Positions 47,745 to 61,400 of a stretch of 64,000 nt of DNA are shown here, piece by piece. Source of the DNA: Squalus acanthias. Lineage: Eukaryota. The position numbers and the translations under genes are program-made. How positions within the stretch are numbered: the stretch's first letter is position 1; every line of letters starts with the position of its first letter. Under the pieces are notes generated by a model. It was not told the origin of the DNA. It made no database searches and saw only the letters and a list, made by a program, of their open reading frames with translations. Location: the NCBI GenBank assembly GCA_030390025.1, contig CM059431.1, positions 122,638,001 through 122,702,000 on the forward strand, given 5' to 3'.

Positions 47745-49069
47745 GTTGACCTACATTGGCTCCTGTCAGGCAACATCTCGATTTTAAAGTTCTCATCCTT
47801 GTATTCAAACCCCCCCATGGCCTTGCCCCTCCCTATCTCTGCAACCTCCTCTAGCACTACAACACTCCGAGATCTCTGTGCTCCTCCAATTCTGGCCTCT
47901 TGCGCATCCCTGATTTTCATTGATCCACCATTTGTAGCCATGCCTTCAGCTACTTAGGCCCTAAGCTCTGAAATTTTCTCCCTAAACCTGTCCTCATCTC
48001 TACCTCTCCTCTTTTAAGTCGCTCCTTAAAACCTACCTCTTTAACCAAGCTTTTGGTCATCTGTCCTAATATCTCGTTAATATAAACAGAGAAGGCTGGA
48101 AATACTCAGCAGGTCAGCCAGCAGCTGTGGAGAGAGAAACAGAGTTAATGGGGGCGATTTTCCCAGCCCTGGGGAGGCGGGTATGGAGGGGGGACTGCCG
48201 GGAAAATGGCAGAATCTGGGAGCAGGTACCCCTCCCGCCCCCAACCCGCCTCCGTGCCATCTTCCCAGGAGGTGGATACCAGACCTGCGCCGGGTCCCGT
48301 CTCCTCGAGGTGGGAAGGGGATTAGTGCCAATTAACTGCCTGTTAACAGATAGTTAACAGGCAGTTTTTTGGCTAATCCCTATTTTGAGCCCTAAAGTGT
48401 GGGCTTCCCAACGACACTGAACATCGCCAGGGTCAGCGAGGTGAGCCGTCAGTCTGCGGGGGTCAGAGGGGCCGAGATGTCCAGTGTGCAGGTGAGTGAT
48501 GAGTGCAAGTGTGGAGAGATAAGTGTGTGAGGTGAGTCTAAAGTGTTTTAATAAGGTTACTTACCTTTGCTTCTTCCTCCAGGCTCCATCCCTTTAGGCT
48601 GTGGAGCTGCCTCATCTCACCGGAAGAGATGACAGAATGGCTGCTGCATTCTCCGATGCAACAGCCATCTGATTTCTGCTAAGGAAAGAGGTTTGGTGAG
48701 TCTTGAGTACAAGGACTCACCAAAGAACAGAGATTGTCAGTGTTTGACAGCTTCTGAAAGCTGTCGAACGATGACAATTCATCTGTCAAAAATTTTTGAC
48801 AACTGAAACGTCATACGCTGACATTTTCTGTACCAGCTTTCCCTTAATTGGCCTGCAAAGCCCGCTGGGCGGGCTTAACAAGGTCAAACAAGGGAAAATA
48901 GTGTGGGCTTGCCGGACGTCAATGGTGGCGGGACTAAAACCCGACAAGCAGCTTTCCCGCCTCCATCACATCCCCATTGATAAAATCACCCCCAATGTTT
49001 CAGGTGCCTTGGAACGTTTTTACTATATTAACAACAACAACAACATAAAGGCATGTTGTTGTTGTTGTT
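47745..49069 (+). mobile_element. Younger L2 3' end (47745-48077, 49004-49069), interrupted by a Penelope end fragment (~48085-48149, 48997-49004)
   Basis: DLHWLLSG...DFKVLILVFK region matches 32230-32560. Penelope terminal sequence GCTGGAAATACTCAGCAGGTCAG...GAAACAGAGTTAAT|GTTTCAGG matches 3040-3102. Confidence 0.82.
48150..48993. mobile_element. Harbinger-type non-autonomous element, family B
   Basis: TIR GGGGGCGATTTT / AAAATCACCCCC, AAT TSD at 48147-48149 and 48994-48996. Confidence 0.9.
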
Positions 49070-51681
49070 ACAGAGGACCGGAAAGTAGTGACTGAGTGAA
49101 CAGTTGCTGATGTTGCAACAGAGAGATTAAGGAGCGAGGAGTTCAGTGTTAGTGAAGCAGAGGGTGTGTGCTGGCATGTAAGGGAGGAGAAGATTACTAA
49201 GGTATGGCGAGGCAAAAATAAGGATGAGAACTTTGAACTCAACATGCTGGAGCACAGGGAGCCAGTGGAGCTTGAGGATCATGGGGATGATGGGAGTGTC
49301 TGACTTAGTATAGGTAAGGACACCAAATTTGTCCTGATGTTCAGGCAGGGTTTGTGGGGGCAAGTCTACTAGAAGCAAATTGCAGAAGTCAAGCCTTGAG
49401 GTGATGAAGGCATGGACTTGTGCTTCAGTGACAGAATAGGAGAAACAGAGGTAGAGGCATAACAGCACATTTTACATTCTACGATGCAAGCAAACATATC
49501 TCTCCTAGAAAGCTACCACTTGTCATGGTCAGATTAAAAAATGTACCTTCCAATGTATATAACACAATCCAAATTTGAAGAACAGAGTCTAAGAGTATTC
49601 AACAACATATTTTCAAGTCTTGATATACTTTTAAAGCTGATAAACACTTAACAGTGTTCTTTTTCCAACTAATGTTACATTTTTATCAAATAAGAAATGT
49701 TATGCTTTTGTAATCTCCTCTTGCCCATGTAATTGGGGGCATTGTATATGCTGTGTGGGAAAAGATAAAATATAGAATCAATTTTAATTTTAATAGGTTT
49801 ATTTATTAATAATTAGGAAACAAAATAAGTCAGATTTCACATCAAATGGATGAACTAGATCAAAGTGCATAATTAAAAATACAATTGATTATTTATTTCT
49901 CTGGTTGGAAATGTGCCATATCCACTTTTGCACTCTATACGTCACATGTTAAAAATTTATAATCACTGACACATGGGCAAAGTAAAAGTGAAAATGAGTG
50001 GTAAGTTGGAATCTTGCCATAGCTGCTGACTTAATGACCTTTCAAAAGGTCAACTGTCAAATTGTATTTGTGAAACAAATGACAAAATGTGACAGCTCCA
50101 TTAAAAGCTATAGAGCAGCTCTTCTGAACACTTTTGGTAATTATTGTAAAGTAGACAGATTTTAAATTACTCATAGAAAATCACATTTTTAACAGTTATT
50201 GAAGATGTCATGTTACACTTTATCTAACAAGATAGCAAATAGGATCTTTAATGGATTAATGATGCTAAGCAAATTAAATTAAACATTGAAAGGAGTTGGC
50301 TGGAGGAAATGAGAATGTATGCTCTCAATTGTGCCTGTAGTTAAATCACATGGAATAAACAGTAGAAATGAGTTCAGAAAAAGTCAACAACATTTGGATG
50401 CTCTAAACCTGAAGGCTGAATAGCAGGAGTGCACCAATGAGCAAGGAACAGTTGGACCAGACTATAAAGGATCTGACAGATTCACCCCAGCACAGAGATA
50501 CACATTACACTCCTCCAACCCACACTAGTGGCTGAAATTGTTCTCAGTGATTCTAGCGACCAACACATTATCAGATTTGTATGAAATGCCTCTGTGCGTA
50601 TTGTATTGCATTCATTAACTTGATTACTTTAAATGGGTTAAAATTAATTATAATAGAGGTATTTCTTACAGATGTGTTTGCAACAAAAATTGGTGAAAGC
50701 AAGTTCAGCTTCCAGATTAATGTGGGATTTCACTTAGATTTTAAGCACAATAAAAGCAAAACTAGTGCAAACTTTTGTTGTTCATCATGAACAATTGGTG
50801 TGATGTCCACAATGCATGCACAAATGGATTGTTATCTCATGCATCAATAAATGGAGGGAAACTTATCGATGGCCTGGATTTTGGGTAAGAATAACATTAT
50901 TATGGAATAAATCAGACAGCAAATTCCAGCGTCCGCACATGCGCAGTTAAAAATGGAAATTAGGAATTTGCTGTCCAATTTGCCCTTCTCCTCCACAAGC
51001 TTCGCTATCCTGATACCTTGCCGAGAGATTTGGCATTAAAACACATGAAGGGCACGAAGTTGCAATACTTACCCAATAGATACCCACTAAACACGGCAGA
51101 ATAAGTTAGGGCTTGTCCATTCAACTTTAAGTGAATTGTTAACACTGTGATGAGTCTTAATTATTAACAAACAACCTCCCTGGCACTGGAAATTTAATTT
51201 AACAAGTGTGGAGTCTCATTCCATCAGATTTTAATGATTGTTGGAGATTTTATTTTAAAAAGTAAAAAAAAAAATTTACTTTTTCTTTTGGTCTCTTTTA
51301 TCTCTTTCTAATCCCATCTTTCTTTCCCTCACTTTATTTTGCTTTCAGAACATGATTTTACATTGAATTAAGTATTCTAACTTACACTTCCTGGTTTTGA
51401 CTCTGCGGTCCCAATAGTGACTCGGAGACACATTGAGAGTGGGGCGGGGGGGGTCCGATATCATGTGGGAAACCTGGAAGTAAGTTCAGTGTGTCTGTTT
51501 GTGGTTTTTTAATGCAGCCACCTCATTATAATTTTACTTCCGAGTTTGGCATCGATTGTGCTCAAGCGGGCGTAATGCGGATCCACATGACGTGATCTCA
51601 ACTCCAGTATTTAAAGGGCCAATCCAAAGATAGAATTTGCAGGAGCTTGGAGTTGGAAGCAACCATGGAAGAAAGCTCATT

Positions 51682-53520
51682 ATGGAATCAGGACGATCAA
51701 AGACTGCGCCCCACTTTAGCGACACCTCATTTAAGGTGCTGTTGCCGGCTGTGAGGAGCCGGAGAGCGATATTTTTCCTCAGCCATGGGAGGATGTAACC
51801 TGCTGCTGACACAAAGAAGGCATGGTCGGAGGTGGCCCAGGAGGTCAGCAGGAGTAGCATTGTGCCACGCTCCTGGCTTCAGTGCAGGAAGCACTTTATA
51901 GACCTAACCAGGGCAGGAAAGGAGAGTACAGTTGTACATTCAACTACATCCTGCCATGCACCTCATCCCACCAATTACTCTGCCTTGTCAAGCTTACTTC
52001 ATCACATCACTCCTCACACCCACTCACCATGCAAGCACACCCATCCTTCTCTTTCTATACACTTCCTCAAATCCCCATCTATCCATCCACCACTGCCACT
52101 CACCCTCATCCTTATGCAATGTGATGCCTCTCACTTATAGTCACCCTCACCAAATGCACTGTATCCATTGGGTGAACACATGCCATTACAGACACTCATA
52201 GGTCTGTTTTTCCCCTTGTTGCAGGAGAAGAAAACACAGAACACGAGGGACAGGGAGAGAACCAGAGGTGGGCCTCCACAGATCTTGCGGCTCACAAGTG
52301 CAGAGGAGGAGGCGCTGGAATCAGTGGAGTTTCTGCGTCCCTGGCCATCAGAGATGGGACAAGAGAGACCTCCCAACTACCTGGTGATACAATTCAATAT
52401 CAGTGGCCCACATGTCATACAGAACTCAGTTATGACTTGATTTCAACATCGAGTGAAATATGATCATCTTCATAATGACAAGTTGCAACATTGTTACCTT
52501 ATCAGTACTAATTCATAACTTTAATCTCTACCAGGATCTTCACATGTGAAACAGCAGTCGGTGAACCTCGCGGGCGACGATTCCTCAGAGGAGCTGATTC
52601 CTTCTGAGAGTGCACTGTCACAGGATCCATGCTTACCATGCACCAGCTCAAATACTCGCACTTCAGTGAGGCCAGTAAGACAGATAGTTGGGTTTTCACC
52701 TGATGACTCACAGTTCACAAATGAGCAAGAACAGATGGTGATGGCAGGGACAGCAGTGGAGAGACCGTGTCAAAGGGCGCAGCCCTGTCCAAGCTCTGCT
52801 CAGCTGGACACAGATGCTGTACCCCGGGGCCATCAATGAAAAGGAGAATCATTGAGCAGCAGCAGAGAATATGCAATATACTGACAGGACTTCCAAGCAC
52901 ACACACCACAGTTGGAGAGAGAGTGGAAGAGTCCGCCTCAAGCATGAGTGGGTTGATGTCGCAGGGCATTGCAATTATGTCTTCTTGCATGAATAAAGTG
53001 GCCAACTCCATGGATCATCAAATGTGGCAATCACGAGTCCATGCCCACCTTGACCATTGCCGCAGACTCTGGATGCCAACATGTCTGCCACCTTAAATAG
53101 AATGACAGGATCTTAGCTTTGGCCTTACAGCACCACACTGATCTGTACTAAGTTGCTCCCCAGCAGAGTTGTAGCAGTGAAGGGTGGCTGGGCCATGAGA
53201 GGGATGATGGCGAAAGGGGACAGGAAAGTGAGAACTCCACTCAAAGCGCTTCCACTTCTCACCCGTTTCCCCACTCCCCCCCCACCCCAGTCAGTACCTG
53301 ACATGCTGCCACGTGCCCTGATGGCTGAGTCTGCCCCTGCACAGGTGCGGGCAGAGCCGTCTTTGGCGGGACCCTCATGGGCTCCTAAACCCAGAGGACG
53401 TTGGCCAAGGGCATCTCAGCAGTCTGAGCAGGGATCTGAGCTGCCTGCCTCTACCACTGCTGAAGCCACAGCGGTTGTTCCACAAAGGAGCGGTAGGAAA
53501 AGGAAGAGGAAAGCTTTGCA
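51682..53520 (+). pseudogene. Harbinger Myb/SANT-like pseudogene (exons ~51682-51921, 52225-52383, 52535-53520)
   Basis: KTAPHFSD...AWSEVAQEVS...RSWLQCRKHFIDL, exon 2 RTRGGPP. In-frame TAA in exon 1, mutated donor (GAGAGT), frameshifts in exon 3. Confidence 0.8.
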
Positions 53521-53986
53521 TTTGCACAAGGGTATGCACATGTTATGCTGTGAAGTTTCTATTCTTTAGCTCAATCACATAAATTTTGTTCTTTTGTACT
53601 AGTTTCCACTTTTTGCCCATTCTTGGTTGCTAGGTGACAGTGGCCTTTTAAGTTGTTTGATAATGAATGGGAAGACATGAATTAACGGAGACCAATGGGG
53701 CATGTGCAATGGGTGGTTGGTTGTTTGGAGGACTGTTTTGTGTCAGTGGCATGGCAGGGGGGTGGGCGGGAAGAGTGGCTGTTACATGTGCATCTGGCAT
53801 TGGTCCACTGGTGCAACCTAAGTGAGCCTTGCATCAATAAGGGCATCCCTGGCAGCAACGTGGTGCAATGCCCTCATCACTTTCCTCCTCCTACTCATCT
53901 TCCTTCTCCTTCTTGGAATCATCCGAAGCGCATCTGCATTCTGTGCCTTGTTGTTCGTGCAGGCCTAAACCTCGCTGCTGCACATT

Positions 53987-55069
53987 GGCCCTGAATTTGC
54001 GGTCGGAGGCTTCCCGCGGGGAAATGCCTCCGATCCGCAAATAAAATTTGCGCCTACCTGGTGGTCCGGGAGGTACGGAGACTCGCGGTCCTGGGCCTCT
54101 CCGGGTACCCGCAGGCAGAGGCCCACGTATCCCAGGGGTGCAGGCGATTCGCAAGCGCCACTGGGATCATGTGGGCCGGCCCAACGAATAACAGAAGAGA
54201 ATCCCCATTCATGCTTATGGGAATTCCGTATGTACGGAAACCCCATAAGCATGAATGGGAATACCCCAAACAATACATGTATACATCAAATAAATAAAAC
54301 AAAAACATCAGATATTTACAATTAATTAAAATGGCATTTAATTAAATATTTAAAACAAAAAATAAATTTTTTGAAAAATATATGTACATGTTTTAAAGGG
54401 GCTAAAAATAAACTTACCTTATTTCACAAGTTTTTAAATGTATAAACTGTTGATAAAATTTTATTTTTCTGCTTTTTCTTGACAGATCGCAAGTTCCGGG
54501 TTTTAGCGCATGCGCTTCGCATGCCTAAACCCGGAACTTGCGTGGCCCCTTCGGACACGTACATAAGAACATAAGACGTAGGAGCAGGAGTAGGTCATTT
54601 GGCCCCTCGAGCCTGCACCGCCATTCAATAAGATCATGGCTGATCTGATCTTGGCCTCAACTCCACTTCCCTGCCTGCTCCCGTACCTTTCAAAAATCTG
54701 TCTATCTCCACCTTAAATATATGCAATGACTCCGCCTCCACAGCTCTCTGGGGAAGAGAATTCCAAAGATTCACGACCCTCTGAGAGAAGAAATTCCTCC
54801 TCATTTCCATTTTAAAATGGTGCCCCCTTATTCTGAAATTATGCCCCCAAGTTCTAGAATCCCCCCACGAGTGGAAACATCCTCTCTGCATCTACCCTGT
54901 CAAGCCCCTTCAGAATCTTATATGTTTCAATAAGAACCCCTCCATTTTTCTAAACTCCAATGAGTATAGACCCAACCTGCTCAACCTTTCTTCATAAGAC
55001 AACCTCTTCATCTCCAGAATCAACCTTGTCAACCTCGTAAACACCCGTAGGGGCCGCAAATTATGGCCC
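53987..55069. mobile_element. Family A-like non-autonomous element containing a CR1 fragment
   Basis: Ends GGCCCTGAATTTGCGG / CCGCAAATTATGGCCC, ATT TSD at 53984-53986 and 55070-55072. Confidence 0.85.
54562..55035 (-). mobile_element. CR1 3' end fragment
   Basis: LSYEERLSRLGLYSLEFR, RRNFFSQRVVNLWNSLP, CATAAGAA tail; CGTA TSD at 54558-54561 and 55036-55039. Confidence 0.9.
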
Positions 55070-55205
55070 ATTGTTGTGCAGAGCACAGCACACCACAACC
55101 ATTCTAGACATCCTGGCTGGTGCGTACTGAAAGGCGCCTCCAGATCTGTCTAGGCACCTTATACCCTTCTTCAGCATGTTGATGGCTTGTTGGATCATAC
55201 ATCTG

Positions 55206-56493
55206 GGCCTAGAAATTCCAGTACTCTGGAAACCTACCGGTAACACTGCCGGCCAAGGCTAATGCCTGCCCTCCAAGAGAGCACAGGCAGCACCGGTATT
55301 TTGGTGCTGCCTGCTAATTTATCTCAGCGGTGCGGAGAAATGGTGGTGTAACGCGCTCCTTCCAGCGCTAAGCTCAGCAGGAGGCTGAAGGTCACGTCTG
55401 CGTCCCACTTGCAGTGGAGAACGGGAAGAAATGAATGAACCTGTAGGCCATGTACAGAACAGTTGCCGTACTTGGTACAACAATATTACCTGCCATCCGA
55501 TTATTAACTACATTTGTTGATTTTTTAACAGTTCATGAAATGAATGCATCTGCATTCTCTGCAACACTAATCTTTCTCCAATGGTTACTCTTGAAAGTGT
55601 TTAAATATGTAGTAACCATGCCAGCTTTTAGTGGGTCTTGAATACTCGACACAAAATATTTTTTTGCTAAATAATTGGTTGTGGAATGTTGAATAAATTA
55701 ATTATAATTCCTTAAAATCTCAAGCAGTTGAGTCCAGGTTTGCTAAGGGTTGACGTTCTAGTGACGCTATCATAAAGTGATCTTATCAGAGATGCTCTTC
55801 AAATGTTGCAATGGAGTTCTAGCTAATCTGATGCTCTTTAGGAATTAGTTTGTTTTATTTGCTGGGAATCCGCCGAGGGATTTGCAGCTTTGTTCAGGTG
55901 TTCAGTTTCAAACTAAAAGCTTGTTCCACAAGGTTTCACCCATTGATTTAATGACCCACAAACAAATTAAGTCCTCCTGGAAAACCACCAGAAAATGCAA
56001 CCCCCGCAACAACCCCCACCCGACCCGCACTAATGGGCAGAAATTGAAAATATAAAAGAAGAACCTTGGCAAAGGAGGTGTTTGAAGTTCCGGTACCCAT
56101 CTGAGCTGTTTTCCACTTGCCAGCCTCCATCTTCATCTAAAATCTGCCAAGTCCTGCCAGTCCTGGCTGTCTTACATTTGTCAGTTGAAGCGTCCTCATG
56201 GCTGTTAGTGCTGCTGAAGCGCTTTTAGCGAGCTGCAAGCATGGATGTGCTTTAGAGAGGGTGGCAAGAGGAGCGACGATATCCAAAATGGATGAGCGGG
56301 CGTCAACTCGGCGTTGCACACCAATTGACATCACGCTCCGACTAATTACAATACTTGAGGCAGCGCTGCCAACTTGCTGAAAATGGCGGTCGCCATGGGA
56401 CCTAACGGCAGCAGGCAAAAGTGCGGCGGCCGCCATTTCCCCCCCCGAATTGGGCGGTAATGGCCGGCACTAAGCCCCCCGAATTTCTAGGCC
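55206..56493. mobile_element. Harbinger-type non-autonomous element with AT-rich interior
   Basis: Perfect 13-bp TIR GGCCTAGAAATTC, CTG TSD at 55203-55205 and 56494-56496. Confidence 0.88.
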
Positions 56494-58499
56494 CTGGTGT
56501 TCATATGGCATTCAGTGTAGCGGTGTTGGGCTTCATTGGTCGGGTTTCTGAGAGGGATCAGCCAAGTTTGAAGTGGGTATCCCTTGTCTCCTAGCAGCCA
56601 CCCTTTAAAGTGTGCTTCCAGGTCCAAAAACGTCAAGGAGCTTGGACTGCTACAGGACGAAAGCATTGTGGCAGCTCCCCAGGAATCTTGCATACACCTA
56701 CAGAAATATCTTTCTGTGGTTGCACGCCAGCTGCAAATTGATGGAGTGGAAGCCCTTGCGTTTCAAAATACTCCTGGTTGATCTGGGGGTGCCCGGATTG
56801 TCATGTGTGCAGTCAATGATGCTCTGCACCTGTGGGAAGCCAGCCAGAGACGCAACTCCGAGTGCCCGCTCATTCTGACTGGTGTCATTGCAGGTAAAGT
56901 TCATCTAATTGTCGGCCCTAGCAAACAAGTCATCAGCCACCTGTCTTATGCATTTGTGGGCCGCTATCTGGGATATCTTGGATATGTCTTCGGCAGAGCC
57001 CTGGAAGGATCTAGAAGCAAAAAGGTGGTGGTGACTTTGACAGCCACTGGGAACTCGTGGACACCAGGTCCAGCAGGGAGCAGGTCTTCTAGGAGGCTGC
57101 AGATGTCTGCCACCCCCACCACCTGCGCCTCCGGAAGCACTGCTGTTCGGACATGTCAAGGAAACTCAGTCCCTGCCTGTACACCCTGTGTCGCGGGTAG
57201 TGCCTCCTGCGAGCTGCACCCCTCTGCTGATCCCTTCTCTGCTGTCCAGCTGCAAGTCTCTGAACAGCAGACCGCTGGTGCTGGTCATATTGCTCCTTAT
57301 CCGAGGTCCAATCTAAGGCAGCCGAAGTGTCACATATCCTGACGTGATTCTGAAAACCTCCAATGTGTAGAAAGTCAACTCTCAGCAAAAGTGGTGTGAA
57401 CAAATCCTTTCTCACTAATAGGTAAGATTGCAGCTGTGAGTATTGAGTATTTATTGCAGTATTTCTATGAGTTTGAATCAGGCCCCTCAGTTGCCATTGT
57501 TTTCTTGCTTTGCTTTCACTGGCGAGTTTCAGGAAGCCCGGAAACCCATGGATGCACTGTTAAATTTGAAAGTCAGTTGAAATATCGCTCCAATTGAGCG
57601 ATTAGCCTGTATTAATAGGCAACTCACCTCTCCCGAAGGGGTTGCGCGCAAGCAGCCCAACGTGCTCAAATTAACCATGGAAGTCGGCGGGTTGGAGCCA
57701 GCTTCCTGATGCACTCACATTTTTCCTGGTTTTCAACCTCTACCCACACCCAAACCAAGGCGCTCCTCGAGGTTAAACTTCCCCTCTGCGTGTCGCAGTA
57801 AAGGTTCTTCAATCTGAATGGTTGAAGAGACAATCTGTTCCTTGTCCTGCTCACACAGGTCCCAGATTCCCTGTAGAGGGCACCTTGCTGTATCGGACTT
57901 CCGATGACCGCAAATTGCCACTCAAAAGCCCACGAAAATTCAGTGGGCTGCTGTAAGTGTACGCCGCTGACCACAAAATCCGTTTTTTCAATGGGCACTT
58001 GGTGTGATATTCACAATGCGTGCGCGTATGGAGTTTTCCTCTTGTGCCTCTATATTTCAGCAAGACAATAAAATACCTATCATGCATCATCATATCATTA
58101 TGTTTACCCATTTCTGTCCTCAAGGCCAAGACTCTCACTCACATGTGGTTCCATGGGAGCTGGTAGCCTTCCAAGACTTCCCCCAGTGGTTATTCTTCAA
58201 TTAATGACTTGAACCATCTGGAATCCACACAACATCTAGCACAACAAACAACATAAAACATATGTTGTTGGTGTCTTTATAAACACATTTACAGAAAAAA
58301 TCTTTGTTTTTTTTCCAATTTATACAATCACCGCGTGGTTGGTCTTTATTCCAAGATCTAATTGCCTCTCTAGTGTCTGGTTGAATATAGGAACCTGGCT
58401 CCTCATTCCTCTTTTGGTATATCGGATCAACTGGTAACACTTGAGACCATTAATAAACTCTGCTGGATTCCTAAACATAAACTTTGTGCTGCTTGCTAA

Positions 58500-61400
58500 T
58501 TAACATGAGAGCAGCACACAGCCCAGCACTGAGCGCACTGCTGAGTGGCTGTGTGCTCAGCAGGTGGTGAAAGTTCGCGCGAGGCTAACTTTAAGTAAAG
58601 GCAGTCTGCACCTCTTCAAGGTGAGCTGCCTTCTGGTTCTCAAAAATTCTAAAACTGCTTCAGCACAAATCAAAATGGCTCAACAGGCCAGGGAAAGTGC
58701 ACCCAGGTTCTCGGACGCAGCACTCGAGGCCTTTGTGCAGGGTGTGACCACGCGAAGAGAGGTCCCCCACCCACAGGGGGCCAGGAGGCCCGTCAGAAAC
58801 ACTGTAAGAAGGATGAGGGACCAGCTCGCCGAGGCAGTCATGGCCAGCTGTGTCACCTCCAGGATGTGGATACTGACACTGTGCGGATTTTAGAGGATAG
58901 TACAGAGGCGGATCTGCACGTGGTGAGTCACTGGCCTTGAGTGGCCTGCAGCAAAGGCAGGGGGAAAGGGTAGTGCAGTTGCCAGCTCCCCGGAGGCAGA
59001 GCTCACACTCGAGTTCTGCTGCACAGGGCTCAGATGAGGACTTTGATGGGGCAGCCTACAGAAGATCGCTGATGGGCATGCACAATGAACTGCTTGGTGA
59101 ATTGCCAGGCCTGTCCGAAAGCCTGTTTTTATTGTTGAGGAGCATGGAGGAGTTCATGATTTCCAGGATAGAAGTCATGGGCAACTCCATTAGCGCAATT
59201 ATAGACCCAGCCAGGATATAGCGTGTGATGTCCAACATCTCAGCTTCCATTGCAGCACAAGCAGAAATGACCTTGGGGGAAAAATTCAGTTGGTTGCACC
59301 TCCCGTTAGCACCTTAAGAGGGCGCTAATGGGGCGCAAAGCAACTAGCGCCCGGGCGCGGCGATGTTAGCGCCGCTTGTGAAATTAACTAGACATTTTGC
59401 AGCGGCGCTAAACACTACCGCCACGATCTCCTGCGCCGGCAGATCGTGACGTCAGTCAAGTGCGCAATGCACCGGTAGCGCCCCGGAGCGGATATTGAGT
59501 GGCGCCCCCTGCCTTACCACCTGCCGCTAGCAACGACAGGTTCAGGGGAGCGTTTTGCAGTCAGGAAGGGACTGGGGGAGCGCTATTTAAAGGCGACCGC
59601 CTTCTGCCTTTTTTTGTTGGTGACATTTTTGCACCACGAATTCTGAGAGAGCGGGAGAGAGACTTCTGGAGTGATTCAATGCTGTGTGAAGGAGTTTTGG
59701 GTACTGAGCAGCACTTTGCAGGTTCAGTTTGATTTGCCCTTCCTTGTATCGATTTAGAAGAGACTGTGGGGGCTGCACTCTGAGCTCTTTCCCTGGTTCT
59801 CTTCATTGTACTTTCCAGCAGATTTGATGTACAGGTCTCTCCAGGCCGAGACTCAAGGCTGCAATGAGCAGGATGTGGATGGAAAGCAAGATCACCCCTC
59901 CCCTTTAAGAACTGGCCAGTGCCATTTTGTCTGTGTTTCATTGCTGACTGACATCACATGAGCTTCGCCAGCGCTCTGAGTTAGAGCCTCGCTCCTCGGC
60001 CTTTGCGCCTTAAGACAGATGTGTAGCGCCTGATTTAGAGCTCTAATCACCTCCAGGGGCGATAAAAGTCAAGTTTGCAGTCAGAGGCGATAATTAGCGC
60101 CAGGCGCTAAACTTTGTACCCGGCCGATAATTGTCCCCCAAATGGGGCGATACTGAATTTCTCCCCACTAATGTCTTAGTGCTGCAGTGGAAGCTCAGTC
60201 TTGTGCCATGCAAGCTCAGACTGCTGCCGTCATGGCTGGGTTTACCAGTATTGAAAGGGGCTTGCAGGGTGTCACAGCAGTTCAGCAATCTGTCCTCCAA
60301 CAGATGACTAGGATTGCTGAGGCACCGCCCTGGGGGAGCGGCAGTGGTCTATGGAGCACGAACCTGCTGCCCTCTCTCAGGATGACAGCATTCGTCCTCC
60401 CACCACTACCACTCCGCCAGTGCCCTTGCTGCTGCCTGTCAGCCAGCCAGCCCAGACTGCTGTCGTCCATGCCAAAGTGATGCAGTCTGTTGCCGGGCCT
60501 TCTAGGCCCTGAGCTGCTTGAGGTCATCCTGTGAGGCCATCTGTAGTCTTACACACTGACGTCAGCAGCCTTCCACCAGCCATACTGCAGCCACTGGGGT
60601 AGCACTTCATAGTAACACTTGAACAGGGAAAGGAATGCAAGACAGGCACTAAAGGAATGCACAAGGGTGATTAGCTGACTTTGAGATGTAACATTTGATT
60701 GATTCATTTATAAATTTTGTTTGGAATGTATGTTTTGTGTTGTCTTTCATTTCAGGATTGTGGCCAAGAGGACACAGTAATGGTCCGTGACAGACAGATT
60801 GTAAGATGGGGAAGTGTTGAGCAATGGGGATCTGGGTTTTAAGTCAGGGGAACTGGAGTGTGATGATGCGCTCACGGACAGCTCATCCTGAACCTGGATT
60901 GGCAGGCTGCTTCTTCCGTTCTTCCTCTTCCTCCTTTTCCTCTTCCTTCTCCTCCTGAGGTGGTGGCAGAACCCGTGGTGGAACGTACTGCGCCTTCATG
61001 ATCACCAAGTTGTGGCGGATGCAGCAGACCATGACGAAATGGAACACCCGCTTTGGCAAATACTGGAGAGCTCCTCCCGAGCGGTCAAGGCAACGGAACC
61101 GTTGCTTTAGCACCCCAGTGGTCTGCTTGATGACATTCCTCATGGCAGCATGGCTCTCATTATATGAATGCTGGCCACGAGGGGTTCAGTTGCAGAGTGG
61201 TGTCATCATCCTGGTGTGGAGCAGATAGCCCTTGTCGCCGAGCTGCCACTCTCGGGTTTGATGTGGTGGCTGGAATATTCCTGATACACCAGTCTGGCGC
61301 AGAATGAAGGCATCATGACTGCTGCCAGAATAGCGGGCATTCATCAGCATGATGTGCTTGGCGTGGTCGCATACCCACTGTACATTAAGTGAGTGGTACC

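Larger units (their letters stand above)
47520..49470 (-). mobile_element. Old L2 LINE 3' fragment (47520-47744 and 49070-49470), split by a younger L2
   Basis: HAFITSRLDFCNLLL...KLHWLPVLQHVEFKVL at 49127-49468. GGAAAAATT|ACAGAGG rejoins across the insertion. Confidence 0.72.
53800..57300 (-). pseudogene. Harbinger transposase pseudogene in three pieces (56497-57300, 55070-55205, 53800-53986)
   Basis: SRSFQG, GFPQVQSIIDCTH, RKGFHSINLQ, GWLLGDKGYPL, RCLDRSGGAFQY...VCCALHN; frames rejoin across two insertions. Confidence 0.85.
50871..57785. mobile_element. Decayed autonomous-type Harbinger (Myb gene on +, transposase on -) with nested insertions; boundaries approximate
   Basis: Left end GGCCTGGATTTT, convergent Myb and transposase pseudogenes. 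Right boundary inferred from a terminal-like AAACTTCCCC. Confidence 0.65.
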
